Virus record (IMG/VR): IMGVR_UViG_3300016472_000312
Span: 1-35,604 of that record
Length of the DNA stretch: 35,604 nt
Strand: one strand, 5' to 3'
Source: a virus
Taxonomy: Duplodnaviria; Caudoviricetes
Part shown: one piece after another, positions 7,005 to 14,800 of the stretch
Layout: every line of letters starts with the position of its first letter
Numbering within the stretch: the stretch's first letter is position 1
The notes under the pieces: model-generated
Databases searched by the model: none
What the model was told of the DNA's origin: nothing
The model's input: only the letters and a program-made list of their open reading frames with translations
Made by a program: the position numbers and the translations under genes

Positions 7005-7841
7005 ATGAACAACGTAACCACCAACGGCAAAGCCGAAATAGCCCATCGTTCAGAGATGGAAATTAGCCGCGATCAAATTGAACTCATCAAACGAACAGTC
7101 GCAAAGGGTGTGACAGATGACGAGTTTCAGTTATTTTTGTACACCGCCAAGCGTATGGGGCTTGACCCACTCGCAAAGCAAATCCACGCGGTAAAGCGAT
7201 GGAGTAACGCGGACAACCGCGAAGTGATGAGCATTCAAACCGGCATTGACGGCTATCGTTTGATTGCCGATCGAACCGGCAACTACGCCCCGGGTAAAGC
7301 CAACTCATACGAATACGATGAGAACGGCAAAGTAATTAGCGCCACCGCCTACGCTATGAAATTCGTGCGCGGGGCATGGATGGAAACCAGCGCTACCGCC
7401 CACATGAGCGAATACGCTCAAACCAAAAAGGACGGTAGCTTTACTTCAATGTGGGCTTCAAAACCTCACATCATGTTGGGAAAATGCGCCGAAGCCTTAG
7501 CCCTTCGCCGCGCCTTTCCCGCCGAATTGTCAGGCGTTTACACCGACGACGAAATGGCACAGGCCGACAATGAAAGTGTGACAGTTAAGCAGCCCAAACA
7601 AATACCGCCACCAGCCGAAACCAACGGCGCTACGTGGGAATTAGCCTTAAGCTCGTGGAAGTTCCAAAAGGAACGCGCCCTCAAGCATGGCGGTCTCGAA
7701 GTTCAGATTGAACGCTGCAAGCCCCACGCGGACGCGGCAAAAAACAAAGATATTCAGGCGGTATTAAACGCCGCCGAGTGCCTTGGCAAAGTCGTCGATC
7801 TGGCGATTGGCACACCAGCCGATGATGTGATCGAAGCCTAA
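7005..7841 (+). CDS. bet: Single-strand annealing protein, Bet/RecT family
   Basis: GLDPLAKQIH, IQTGIDGYRLIADRTG, W..KPHIMLGKCAEALALRRAFP, GVYTDDEM. Confidence 0.93.
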   Translation: MNNVTTNGKAEIAHRSEMEISRDQIELIKRTVAKGVTDDEFQLFLYTAKRMGLDPLAKQIHAVKRWSNADNREVMSIQTGIDGYRLIADRTGNYAPGKANSYEYDENGKVISATAYAMKFVRGAWMETSATAHMSEYAQTKKDGSFTSMWASKPHIMLGKCAEALALRRAFPAELSGVYTDDEMAQADNESVTVKQPKQIPPPAETNGATWELALSSWKFQKERALKHGGLEVQIERCKPHADAAKNKDIQAVLNAAECLGKVVDLAIGTPADDVIEA

Positions 7842-7848
7842 ACCGCAA

Positions 7849-7870
7849 CGGGGCGGCGTGAGTCGCCCCG
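7849..7870 (+). other. Intergenic hairpin
   Basis: CGGGGCGGC-GTGA-GTCGCCCCG (GNRA loop, one G-U pair). Confidence 0.5.
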
Positions 7871-7894
7871 ATTAAATAACTATAGGAGGCATGT

Positions 7895-8740
7895 ATGAAA
7901 TTTGCAAAGCTAGATTCAACATTATTTGACAACCCAAAATTCAGCCGCCTTAAACCGATCACCCGCGATTTGTATTTTAGATTACTGTGCCATGCTTACA
8001 AAATTGAGAATGGCGGCGTATTTGATTTGACAATTGGCGACATCGCGTATCTATCATCGCGGCAAATGGACGAAGATGGCGTATCCAATGACCTGCAAGC
8101 CCTCACGTCAATTGGGATGCTGAACATTGACGGCGCAGGCGTTTACTCTATACCCGGTATTCGGCAGGAGCACGACAAGGTAAATGAACGCCGCGAACAA
8201 GTTGCGACCGCCCAAGCTGCATACCGAGAAAAACGGCACAAGAGTAAAAGCGAAAAAGTGAACGATTACGAATCGATTAGTAATCAAGGCGTGAACGATT
8301 ACGAATCGATTAGTAATCATACAAGACTAGACGAGACTAGACGAGACGAGACTAGACGAGACGAGACTAGACGAGACGAGACTATAGATGCTGGCAAAAA
8401 TTCAGAAAGCAAAAAACCAGCAGCAGCCGAAGATGAAATCATTAAGCTTTGGATTGAGTGGGCGAATGCCAAAAACGTAGCCCCAACTTTTAAGCAAAGA
8501 ATTCTAGAGACTGTAAACGATATTGAGGTCTGGCGCGATACGTTAACGTTTGGCGCAAAGAATAGAAAGATTGAACACACGAATACCAGTTTGGATTGGG
8601 CGCTATCAAATTACAAAACGGGCATATCTCAAAAACGCGCTCAAGCATTATTGGCAAATAAAACAAACGGCAGCAAGCCCGCCGCGCAAATGCCAAACAA
8701 AAAGATGTTACTTAACGGCGTAGAGGTCTACGTAAATTAA
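7895..8740 (+). CDS. Phage replication initiator (replisome organizer type)
   Basis: N-terminal FAKLD...F.NPKF.RL...LYFRLL winged-helix pattern, internal DNA repeats, directly upstream of helicase, AGGAGG RBS. Confidence 0.8.
   Translation: MKFAKLDSTLFDNPKFSRLKPITRDLYFRLLCHAYKIENGGVFDLTIGDIAYLSSRQMDEDGVSNDLQALTSIGMLNIDGAGVYSIPGIRQEHDKVNERREQVATAQAAYREKRHKSKSEKVNDYESISNQGVNDYESISNHTRLDETRRDETRRDETRRDETIDAGKNSESKKPAAAEDEIIKLWIEWANAKNVAPTFKQRILETVNDIEVWRDTLTFGAKNRKIEHTNTSLDWALSNYKTGISQKRAQALLANKTNGSKPAAQMPNKKMLLNGVEVYVN
8258..8383. repeat. Candidate replication origin: two 29-bp iterons plus 12 AGAC(T/G) pentamers
   Basis: GTGAACGATTACGAATCGATTAGTAATCA at 8258 and 8291; (AGACK)12 at 8324-8383. 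Confidence 0.75.
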
Positions 8741-8741
8741 C

Positions 8742-10082
8742 ATGGCAACGAACAACGTATTACCCCCCAATAATATTGAAGCCGAGGAAGCGGTGCTCGG
8801 CTCATTGATGATCGACCCAAGCGAAATCAGAAACGTTTCGACGGTTATCACCGCCACCGATTTTTACATTCTCCGTAACGGTTGGATATTCGAGGCGATT
8901 GTCGAGTGTGGCGATAGCGCAGACCTGATGACCATCTCCGAGGCGCTAACGCGCAAAAACAGGCTTGATGATGTGGGCAACGTAGGCTATTTGACGCAAA
9001 TCATGGCGGCGGTTGTATACGCTGGCAATGTTCGCAGTTACGCGGAGATTGTCAGGGAACGAAGTCAGCGCCGAAAAATGTTGCAAGCCGGTCAGCTTGC
9101 CGCCAAGGGCGCTTACAACCTTGAGCAATCGGTGCAAGTGTCGCTAGCAGAAATTGCCAACGCCATTAATGGTATTTATAGCGAGGCAAAAACCACCGGC
9201 GTAACATTTTTGGCAGCACAAGACAGCATTGCCGAGTTTTTAAATGACGAATCGCCCCGTCACCACATTGCCACCGGCATTGATAAAGCCGATGAGATTC
9301 TCAAGGGTGGTTTGCTTATTGGGTCATACGTGATTTTAGGCGGCGCACCTGGTAGCGGCAAGACAATTGCCGCGACTCAAGTGCTTTATAACGCCATGAT
9401 GAGTGGCTCACGCTGTATTTATTACTCGTTTGAAGTGCCACGTAATGCGATTATTGCCCGTCTTATTTCGCACCACATCGCCAAAACAGGCGGCAAGCCT
9501 GTGCCATACGGCGCAATGATTGACCGCCGCATGACCGATGAGCAACGCAACGCGGTAAATACCGCGTGGCTTGAATTGGTTGACAAGGTGCGCGACAACG
9601 TAATGATTAACGATGCCGCGACAATGACATCCAGCCAGCTAACAAACAGCGCAATCGCGTTTGCAATTAAAGGCGGGTGCGACCTTGTTGTGGTTGACCA
9701 GTTGCATCACATGAGCGATGACGATAAAAAATCAGACACGAAGCAGCGCATCAGCAACATTAGCCGCGAATTGTCGCGCCTTGGCAAGCGCATCCACGAA
9801 GCCACGCAACACCGAGCGCCGCTTGTGCTTGCGCTGGCGCGTCTTAATCGCGCTGGCTACATTGTGCCAGATATGGCAGCGCTCAAAGAGTCGGGCGATG
9901 CCGAGAGTGACGCAGAAATGATTATATTTTTGTACCGTGATACCGACAGGGCCACTGGCGACCCCACCGCCGCTACGCCCATCTTTTTTAAAGTTGCAAA
10001 AAACCGCAACGGCCCAACTGATTTTGCCCTCAACGCACTCATGATGGGCAGCATCAATCGGATAGGCGATGCAACAAAGTAA
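8742..10082 (+). CDS. dnaB: DnaB-like replicative helicase
   Basis: PPNNIEAEEAVLGSL N-domain; Walker A GAPGSGKT; VVVDQL; LKESGDAESDA; VAKNRNGP. Confidence 0.93.
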   Translation: MATNNVLPPNNIEAEEAVLGSLMIDPSEIRNVSTVITATDFYILRNGWIFEAIVECGDSADLMTISEALTRKNRLDDVGNVGYLTQIMAAVVYAGNVRSYAEIVRERSQRRKMLQAGQLAAKGAYNLEQSVQVSLAEIANAINGIYSEAKTTGVTFLAAQDSIAEFLNDESPRHHIATGIDKADEILKGGLLIGSYVILGGAPGSGKTIAATQVLYNAMMSGSRCIYYSFEVPRNAIIARLISHHIAKTGGKPVPYGAMIDRRMTDEQRNAVNTAWLELVDKVRDNVMINDAATMTSSQLTNSAIAFAIKGGCDLVVVDQLHHMSDDDKKSDTKQRISNISRELSRLGKRIHEATQHRAPLVLALARLNRAGYIVPDMAALKESGDAESDAEMIIFLYRDTDRATGDPTAATPIFFKVAKNRNGPTDFALNALMMGSINRIGDATK

Positions 10083-10086
10083 ATTT

Positions 10087-10446
10087 ATGAACATAAAAAT
10101 TGTCTTACCGTTTCCCGCCGCAAAGCTCAACCCCAACAGGCGCAGCGGGCACTCGTGGCAGGTCACCGCCGCCGAAAAAGTAGAGGCATGGCAAGCCGGC
10201 AAAATTGCAACGCTCAAAGCCCTCAACGGCAAAGCGTTTACTGTCGCCAATCCTGTCAAATTCTCGATCACGTTTTTTTGCCCTAACCGCCGCCGCCGTG
10301 ATCTTGACAATTTGCTTGCATCGCTCAAGCCTAGCTTGGACGGCATTGCAAATGCCGTCGACATTGATGATTCGGCGATTGAGGAAATGCAACTCATCAA
10401 ACGCTACGATGCCAACAACCCGCGAGTAGAAGTGGAAATAACATGA
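10087..10446 (+). CDS. rusA: RusA-like Holliday junction resolvase
   Basis: LPFP...LNPN, RRRDLDNLLASLKPSLDG, IDDS, PRVEVEI. Confidence 0.88.
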   Translation: MNIKIVLPFPAAKLNPNRRSGHSWQVTAAEKVEAWQAGKIATLKALNGKAFTVANPVKFSITFFCPNRRRRDLDNLLASLKPSLDGIANAVDIDDSAIEEMQLIKRYDANNPRVEVEIT

Positions 10447-10706
10447 ACGCTACAAAAAAATTCAAAACCCCGCCCAAGTTGGCATTCCTGAACGAATGCC
10501 ACACAGAGTATAAAGTTTACCTATACGATGAGAAAAGCTGGAATGAGGCTTTTGACGGAACTCACGAAACGCTAGAGGAAGCTAAAGATTTTCTGGCTAG
10601 ATGGTATCCTGAATTGCCACAATCGTATACCGCAATTGTGGCAATCAAGATAACAAAGACTGTATGCTGCTTGTTTCCAAATGCTCAGACTGTTTATTCA
10701 GTTTGA
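10443..10706 (+). CDS. Hypothetical protein
   Basis: 87 aa, ATGA-coupled to rusA. Confidence 0.6.
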   Translation: MNATKKFKTPPKLAFLNECHTEYKVYLYDEKSWNEAFDGTHETLEEAKDFLARWYPELPQSYTAIVAIKITKTVCCLFPNAQTVYSV

Positions 10707-10887
10707 GCATTTTTTTTTGCAAACTTAATCGTCTTGCCTGAAGCGCATCAATGCGCTCCAGTTCGTTTGTTGTCGATATTTCAACCGCTGCCGTTTGCGT
10801 CACACCGTAATAAGCCGCAATTGCGGCTATTTTGTCGATTGCGGATTTGTCAAAACGATAGTTGACCGATATACGTGATGTCGTCAT
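10645..10887 (-). CDS. RHH-like regulator with coiled-coil tail
   Basis: RISVNYRFDKSAIDKIAAIAAYYGVTQTAAVE; divergent from 10958 gene across an AT-rich spacer. Confidence 0.6.
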   Translation of the reverse strand: MTTSRISVNYRFDKSAIDKIAAIAAYYGVTQTAAVEISTTNELERIDALQARRLSLQKKMLKLNKQSEHLETSSIQSLLS

Positions 10888-10957
10888 ATGTAAATAATTT
10901 TACTTTACAAAAATATGTTACAATTTAGCGAGTATAGAAATTATCTATACAATTATT

Positions 10958-11278
10958 ATGATTATCGTAAATTTAACTCCTCATCCTGTCTCCGTTCGAC
11001 GTGCTGACGGCACGTTTCTCTCACTGCCAAAGTGTAATAACCCAGCCCGATGCGTAGCCGTGTTCCAGGACGTGGCTACAGTAGACGGCATTGCAGTGAA
11101 ACGTCAAATGTTTGGTGCTGTACAAGACTTACCCGACCCACAAGATGGAACATTGTATTTAGTTTCTCTTGTAGTCGCCCAAGCATCGAAGCATCGTAGC
11201 GACTTGGTAAGCCCAGGTGCAGCTATCCGAGATGCAAACGGCGTACAGATTGGGTGCGATGGTTTAAGCGTAGTGTAG
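10958..11278 (+). CDS. NLTPH-family small protein; candidate Crn4-like ring nuclease / anti-CRISPR
   Basis: IVNLTPH...LPDPQDGTLYLVS..VA...RSDLVSPG..IRD.NG..IGC motif set; Crn4 assignment from recalled family motifs. Confidence 0.6.
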   Translation: MIIVNLTPHPVSVRRADGTFLSLPKCNNPARCVAVFQDVATVDGIAVKRQMFGAVQDLPDPQDGTLYLVSLVVAQASKHRSDLVSPGAAIRDANGVQIGCDGLSVV

Positions 11279-11354
11279 ATATCAGCTTTTAGCACTTAAA
11301 ACCAATCACGCGCAAAAGCAGTTGCAAAAATATCCAATTAATTTAAAAATAAAA

Positions 11355-12413
11355 ATGGAAAAAGAAAAATTCGATCTAAAAAAGGCAATTCCCGCCGTGC
11401 TGGATGCGGTGATTGAGTTCGTTTCGCCGGCGTTTGACGCCAAATACATACCGTTCTGGCTGTCGCTGTCCGGATGCTGTCTTGTGGCACTGGCATACAA
11501 GGCGGTATACGATTTGTTCAGAAATCATATTGGGGTAAACGAAATTACCGCAGCAATGGACGCATTCGCGTCAGTCGGTATCTTAAGCGTGTTGCTTGTG
11601 GTCGTGGTCGCGGCAAAAAATAACGCGGTAAAAGGCATGGGTTATTTACTAATGTCGGGCTGGATGCTGCTTACGTTTGCACTTGTGTCGCTTGGGTCTG
11701 TGTTGGGCAATAACAAAAATCTAGAAGTGCCTGAAGCGTTGGTCGGCTTGGGCAAAGCCGTAGCGGGTCTACTACCAGCGCTGGCACTTGTGCCAGTTCT
11801 CACAATGACAATTGCCAATGCCAACAAAAACGAATTTCCCACCGCATCGGCGGCGGCTGGGCATTATTTTGGCTTTGTGCTGAAACTGGTCATGATTGGG
11901 GCGAGTATATTCTCGAACGTTTATTTCGGCCTATCTCGCAACATTGCGCCTATCGTCGCATTGCTATGCGGTGTGTTGCTCGAGTCGTTGTTTGTTTGGG
12001 CATTGTTTAAGCTAATTGATGCAACCCAACGCAAAGACCGGTTTGATGTGATTGTTTGGTCAATCATGATCGTGACCACTGGCTTCTTTTTGGCGTTTGT
12101 TGGCATTGAGACGGTATCTACGTTGTCGCGGATTCAGATACCCGCGATTGTGGCCATGCAAGAAACGGGCGCTTTGATTTACGTTAGCGCGATAGGCATC
12201 GCCTTTGCCCTAACAATCATTGCCCAATTGACGACCAGCCTTATCGACTGGCTGCCGTCCTACGAGGGTATCAAATCCGGCGCTAAGTCATTAGGCGCAA
12301 ATGTGGCAAAAGTAAAAATGCCAACTCGCAACGCATTGCCGGCCGCCGCCGTATCGTTTGCGGCTGATTCGGTTGAGACTGTGACAATTGCAGAGAACGA
12401 TTTCCCAAAATAG
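11355..12413 (+). CDS. Polytopic membrane protein (about 8 TM helices, possibly 2x4)
   Basis: Eight hydrophobic segments by eye; ends NDFPK* on a slippery sequence; ATG 11355 preferred. Confidence 0.8.
   Translation: MEKEKFDLKKAIPAVLDAVIEFVSPAFDAKYIPFWLSLSGCCLVALAYKAVYDLFRNHIGVNEITAAMDAFASVGILSVLLVVVVAAKNNAVKGMGYLLMSGWMLLTFALVSLGSVLGNNKNLEVPEALVGLGKAVAGLLPALALVPVLTMTIANANKNEFPTASAAAGHYFGFVLKLVMIGASIFSNVYFGLSRNIAPIVALLCGVLLESLFVWALFKLIDATQRKDRFDVIVWSIMIVTTGFFLAFVGIETVSTLSRIQIPAIVAMQETGALIYVSAIGIAFALTIIAQLTTSLIDWLPSYEGIKSGAKSLGANVAKVKMPTRNALPAAAVSFAADSVETVTIAENDFPK
12401..12410 (+). other. Candidate −1 ribosomal frameshift site
   Basis: Overlapping in-phase heptamers T TTC CCA and C CCA AAA immediately before TAG; −1 frame continues into ORF 12428..12781. 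Confidence 0.6.
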
Positions 12414-12427
12414 CCGGCGGGTCTACT

Positions 12428-12781
12428 GTGGAGTTTGGTAATGCTAGTGATCAAATGCCAAACTCCACAAGTGACATTAACCCGCCTGTAACACTAGATA
12501 AAGAATTTACAAAACTGTTTGGCACTGATTCGGAGGCACTACCAAACTACAATGAAGCACTACCAAGCCCACGCAAATGGCGGCGCGAAGTTGTTAAAAA
12601 AGGCGATAGGGTTGCCTATTGGATTTGGAGGCGTGGAACTGGCCCCGCCCGTCAGAGTTTGAAAGGCGGCAAATTTGGAGAATTAGATGAGCAACGAAAG
12701 GCAGAGTATGACCGCAACGTCGAGCGCAGAGCAAAAGGCAAAGCTAATCGCGAAGCCAAAAAACAAATCGCAAGCAAGTGA
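12428..12781 (+). CDS. Basic, Trp-rich putative DNA-binding domain; probably C-terminal frameshift extension of the membrane protein
   Basis: RKWRREVVKKGDRVAYWIWRRGTGPARQSLKGGK; no clear RBS, GTG start buried in a 14-bp stem. Confidence 0.6.
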   Translation: MEFGNASDQMPNSTSDINPPVTLDKEFTKLFGTDSEALPNYNEALPSPRKWRREVVKKGDRVAYWIWRRGTGPARQSLKGGKFGELDEQRKAEYDRNVERRAKGKANREAKKQIASK

Positions 12782-12980
12782 CGAACAAAACGCAGTCACA
12801 AAACAAGACGTTTTAGACATGGTCACAAGTGTTATTGGCTATTTGCGTAAGGCTGGCGTAGATGTATCAATTCGTAACCACCCCGAACTAGGCGCAATTG
12901 TGGCAATAAAAGGCGTAGGAGCTTATACCAACGATATTTTTTTACCACTACCAAACCAAAATACAGCACTACCAAACTAG
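12687..12980 (+). CDS. Hypothetical protein
   Basis: GGAG RBS 6 nt before ATG; C-terminal LPN repeats are encoded by the DNA motif. Confidence 0.6.
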   Translation: MSNERQSMTATSSAEQKAKLIAKPKNKSQASDEQNAVTKQDVLDMVTSVIGYLRKAGVDVSIRNHPELGAIVAIKGVGAYTNDIFLPLPNQNTALPN

Positions 12981-13019
12981 CAAAGCGGTTTGGTAGTGCT
13001 GCCAAATAAAAATAAAAGT

Positions 13020-13505
13020 ATGAAAATTATTTACACCAAAAAAGGAGAGGCAATAAAAGTAGATGATGAAGACTACCAAGCCCTCTCTAAACGCCCTTGG
13101 CACATTCATACTGAGGGCTATGCCAAGTCTTATTACAGACAAAACGGAAAACCGACTAGTGTTTATATGCACCGTCTTTTGATGTCGCCCCAAAAAGGCT
13201 TGGTAGTAGATCACATTAATGGCGACAAAACAGATAACCAAAAATCTAACTTGAGAATTTGCACAATAGCAGAGAATATAAGAGGCGCAAAGTTAAGTAA
13301 TAAAAATACTACGGGCTGCAAAGGCGTAACAAAAATAAGCGGTAAAAGCAAGTGGGTCGCAACGATAAGGGTAAATTTTGAAAGAATTTGCCTAGGAACA
13401 TTTGACAATTTTAACGATGCTGCAAGCGCATACAAAAGCGCATCTCTAAAATATCATGGCATTTACTCACCTTATTGCAAGCCAAACGAACTACCAAACC
13501 AATAA
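13020..13505 (+). CDS. HNH-AP2 homing-endonuclease-like protein
   Basis: VDDEDY, YMHRLLM, VDHINGDKTDNQKSNLR (HNH_3), GCKGV...KW.A.I...LG.F...AA.AY (AP2). Confidence 0.92.
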   Translation: MKIIYTKKGEAIKVDDEDYQALSKRPWHIHTEGYAKSYYRQNGKPTSVYMHRLLMSPQKGLVVDHINGDKTDNQKSNLRICTIAENIRGAKLSNKNTTGCKGVTKISGKSKWVATIRVNFERICLGTFDNFNDAASAYKSASLKYHGIYSPYCKPNELPNQ

Positions 13506-13536
13506 TTTGGCACTACCAAACTTAACGCCTTACGCC

Positions 13537-13669
13537 GTCGTTTGGACATCGTGCCAAACTTAATAGCAGTTAGTAGCAAACGTTAGCGGCAGTTAATAGC
13601 AGTTAGTAGCAAACGTTAGCGGCAGTTAATGGCCACAGATTCAACAGTCGTTTGGACATCGTGCCAAAC
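13537..13669. repeat. Two 23-bp direct repeats enclosing a 33-bp tandem duplication
   Basis: GTCGTTTGGACATCGTGCCAAAC at 13537 and 13647; TTAATAGCAGTTAGTAGCAAACGTTAGCGGCAG at 13560 and 13593. Confidence 0.9.
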
Positions 13670-13834
13670 ACCCGACGGCAAACAGGCAGTAACGCGCCAA
13701 ACCGTGCGCGATGTCCAGTTTTTTATTCTAGAGTCGTGGGGGTGGGTCAGGGCTTGCCCTCACGCGGAGAAACAATTCAGACTATCACGCTGGCAACAGG
13801 GGTGCAAGTTGCCAAACGTGGCAGAAATTAAACC

Positions 13835-13963
13835 ATGAAAAAGATAAAACTCAACAGGCGCAAACTCTTGCGCCGAGCCAAGGGGCAAACAAAAGCGAAG
13901 TGGCGCAAGCCACGATTCAGTAGTGTTAAAGCGGTGCTCTCCCAGATAGGCACAGGCCAATAA
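13835..13963 (+). CDS. 42-aa very basic peptide
   Basis: MKKIKLNRRKLLRRAKGQTKAKWRKPRFSSVKAVLSQIGTGQ*. Confidence 0.35.
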   Translation: MKKIKLNRRKLLRRAKGQTKAKWRKPRFSSVKAVLSQIGTGQ

Positions 13964-14082
13964 AACAAAAACAAGGAACAACAAAATGGAATACGTAAAG
14001 AACTTAGAGGAAATTGCGAATTATCAAACTACGGAAAAATACCGCATTCCGCATATCGCGTAGACAAAAAGTTAATCAAAAA

Positions 14083-14322
14083 ATGACACCAACTCACCGC
14101 CGCTATCACCACTACCTAACGTCTCTCCGCTGGCGCATCCGCAAAACGATCGCCAGCGTATTGCTATCACCGTTTATTGGAAGGCGTTGCATCATGTGCA
14201 ACGCCCCGCGTAGTGACTGGCATCATCGGCACTATGGGAACGTTGGCAATGAGTTGCTATTACGCGATATCGTGCCAGTGTGCCGCAGCTGTCACAAGAA
14301 ATTTCATAACAAACTAACATGA
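14083..14322 (+). CDS. Small HNH endonuclease (Zn-binding)
   Basis: Y..YL.S..W...(K) lead, CIMC, HHRHY...GNE, VCRSCHKKFH. Confidence 0.8.
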   Translation: MTPTHRRYHHYLTSLRWRIRKTIASVLLSPFIGRRCIMCNAPRSDWHHRHYGNVGNELLLRDIVPVCRSCHKKFHNKLT

Positions 14323-14554
14323 AAACCAAAACCCCCAATTACGCATATTGCCGAATCCGTTACCCGCTACCCTAGCGCTGGCTGAATGGTAATACGCCCA
14401 CTGACCCACGCCGTGATATTTCCCTGCCCGCTGGTGCATGTGATTTTGATACTACGATCACCGTGCCATTCATTAAGCGCCAGAACCGAATCGCGCAATA
14501 TGCTTGATGAAACTGCTACAACATTGAAGTAAAATTAAATTTGCAACAAAAATC

Positions 14555-14800
14555 ATGCGAAAACCTCCCCCAGCACCCAACAAACCAATCGCTGCAAAAG
14601 CAATCGAGTTTGGCGACCAAAATACGTTGTTTATTTCTGTCGCCAACATTGAACAACTAGCAGATGTAATTGATCAATGTCGAGAAATTGGAAGAATTGA
14701 GAAAATTCAAGACGCGCCAAAGGCGTTTTATTGCCACGTCTACATTAATTACACGTCCGACCAAATGCCCGATTTAATTGCATGGGTAGAGAGCATGTAG
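14555..14800 (+). CDS. Hypothetical protein, last gene of the + arm
   Basis: 81 aa ORF whose stop abuts the tail gene stop. Confidence 0.65.
   Translation: MRKPPPAPNKPIAAKAIEFGDQNTLFISVANIEQLADVIDQCREIGRIEKIQDAPKAFYCHVYINYTSDQMPDLIAWVESM

Larger units (their letters stand above)
12427..13817. repeat. Field of dispersed direct and inverted CCAAAC-core repeats (consensus GCACTACCAAAC)
   Basis: Full copies at 12536, 12966, 13510 and inverted at 12988; near copies at 12433(inv), 12454, 12517(inv), 12557, 12945, 13488, 13550, 13660, 13693, 13808. Confidence 0.85.

Noticed and set aside
12981-13560. Group I intron hosting the HNH-AP2 gene
   Set aside because: Upstream ORF has its own stop, no split conserved gene is evident, and I could not see an intron core
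13537-13669. Possible mini CRISPR array
   Set aside because: Only two 23-bp repeats; the 87-nt interval is too long and is itself a tandem repeat; no cas genes
13629-13838. 69-aa ORF
   Set aside because: Starts within the repeat block, with no RBS or motif; coding status unsupported
14319-14510. ORF with an in-frame TAG suggesting stop-codon reassignment
   Set aside because: TAG is a normal stop elsewhere (2465, 11278, 14800) and all conserved genes are intact in code 11; the region is left unassigned
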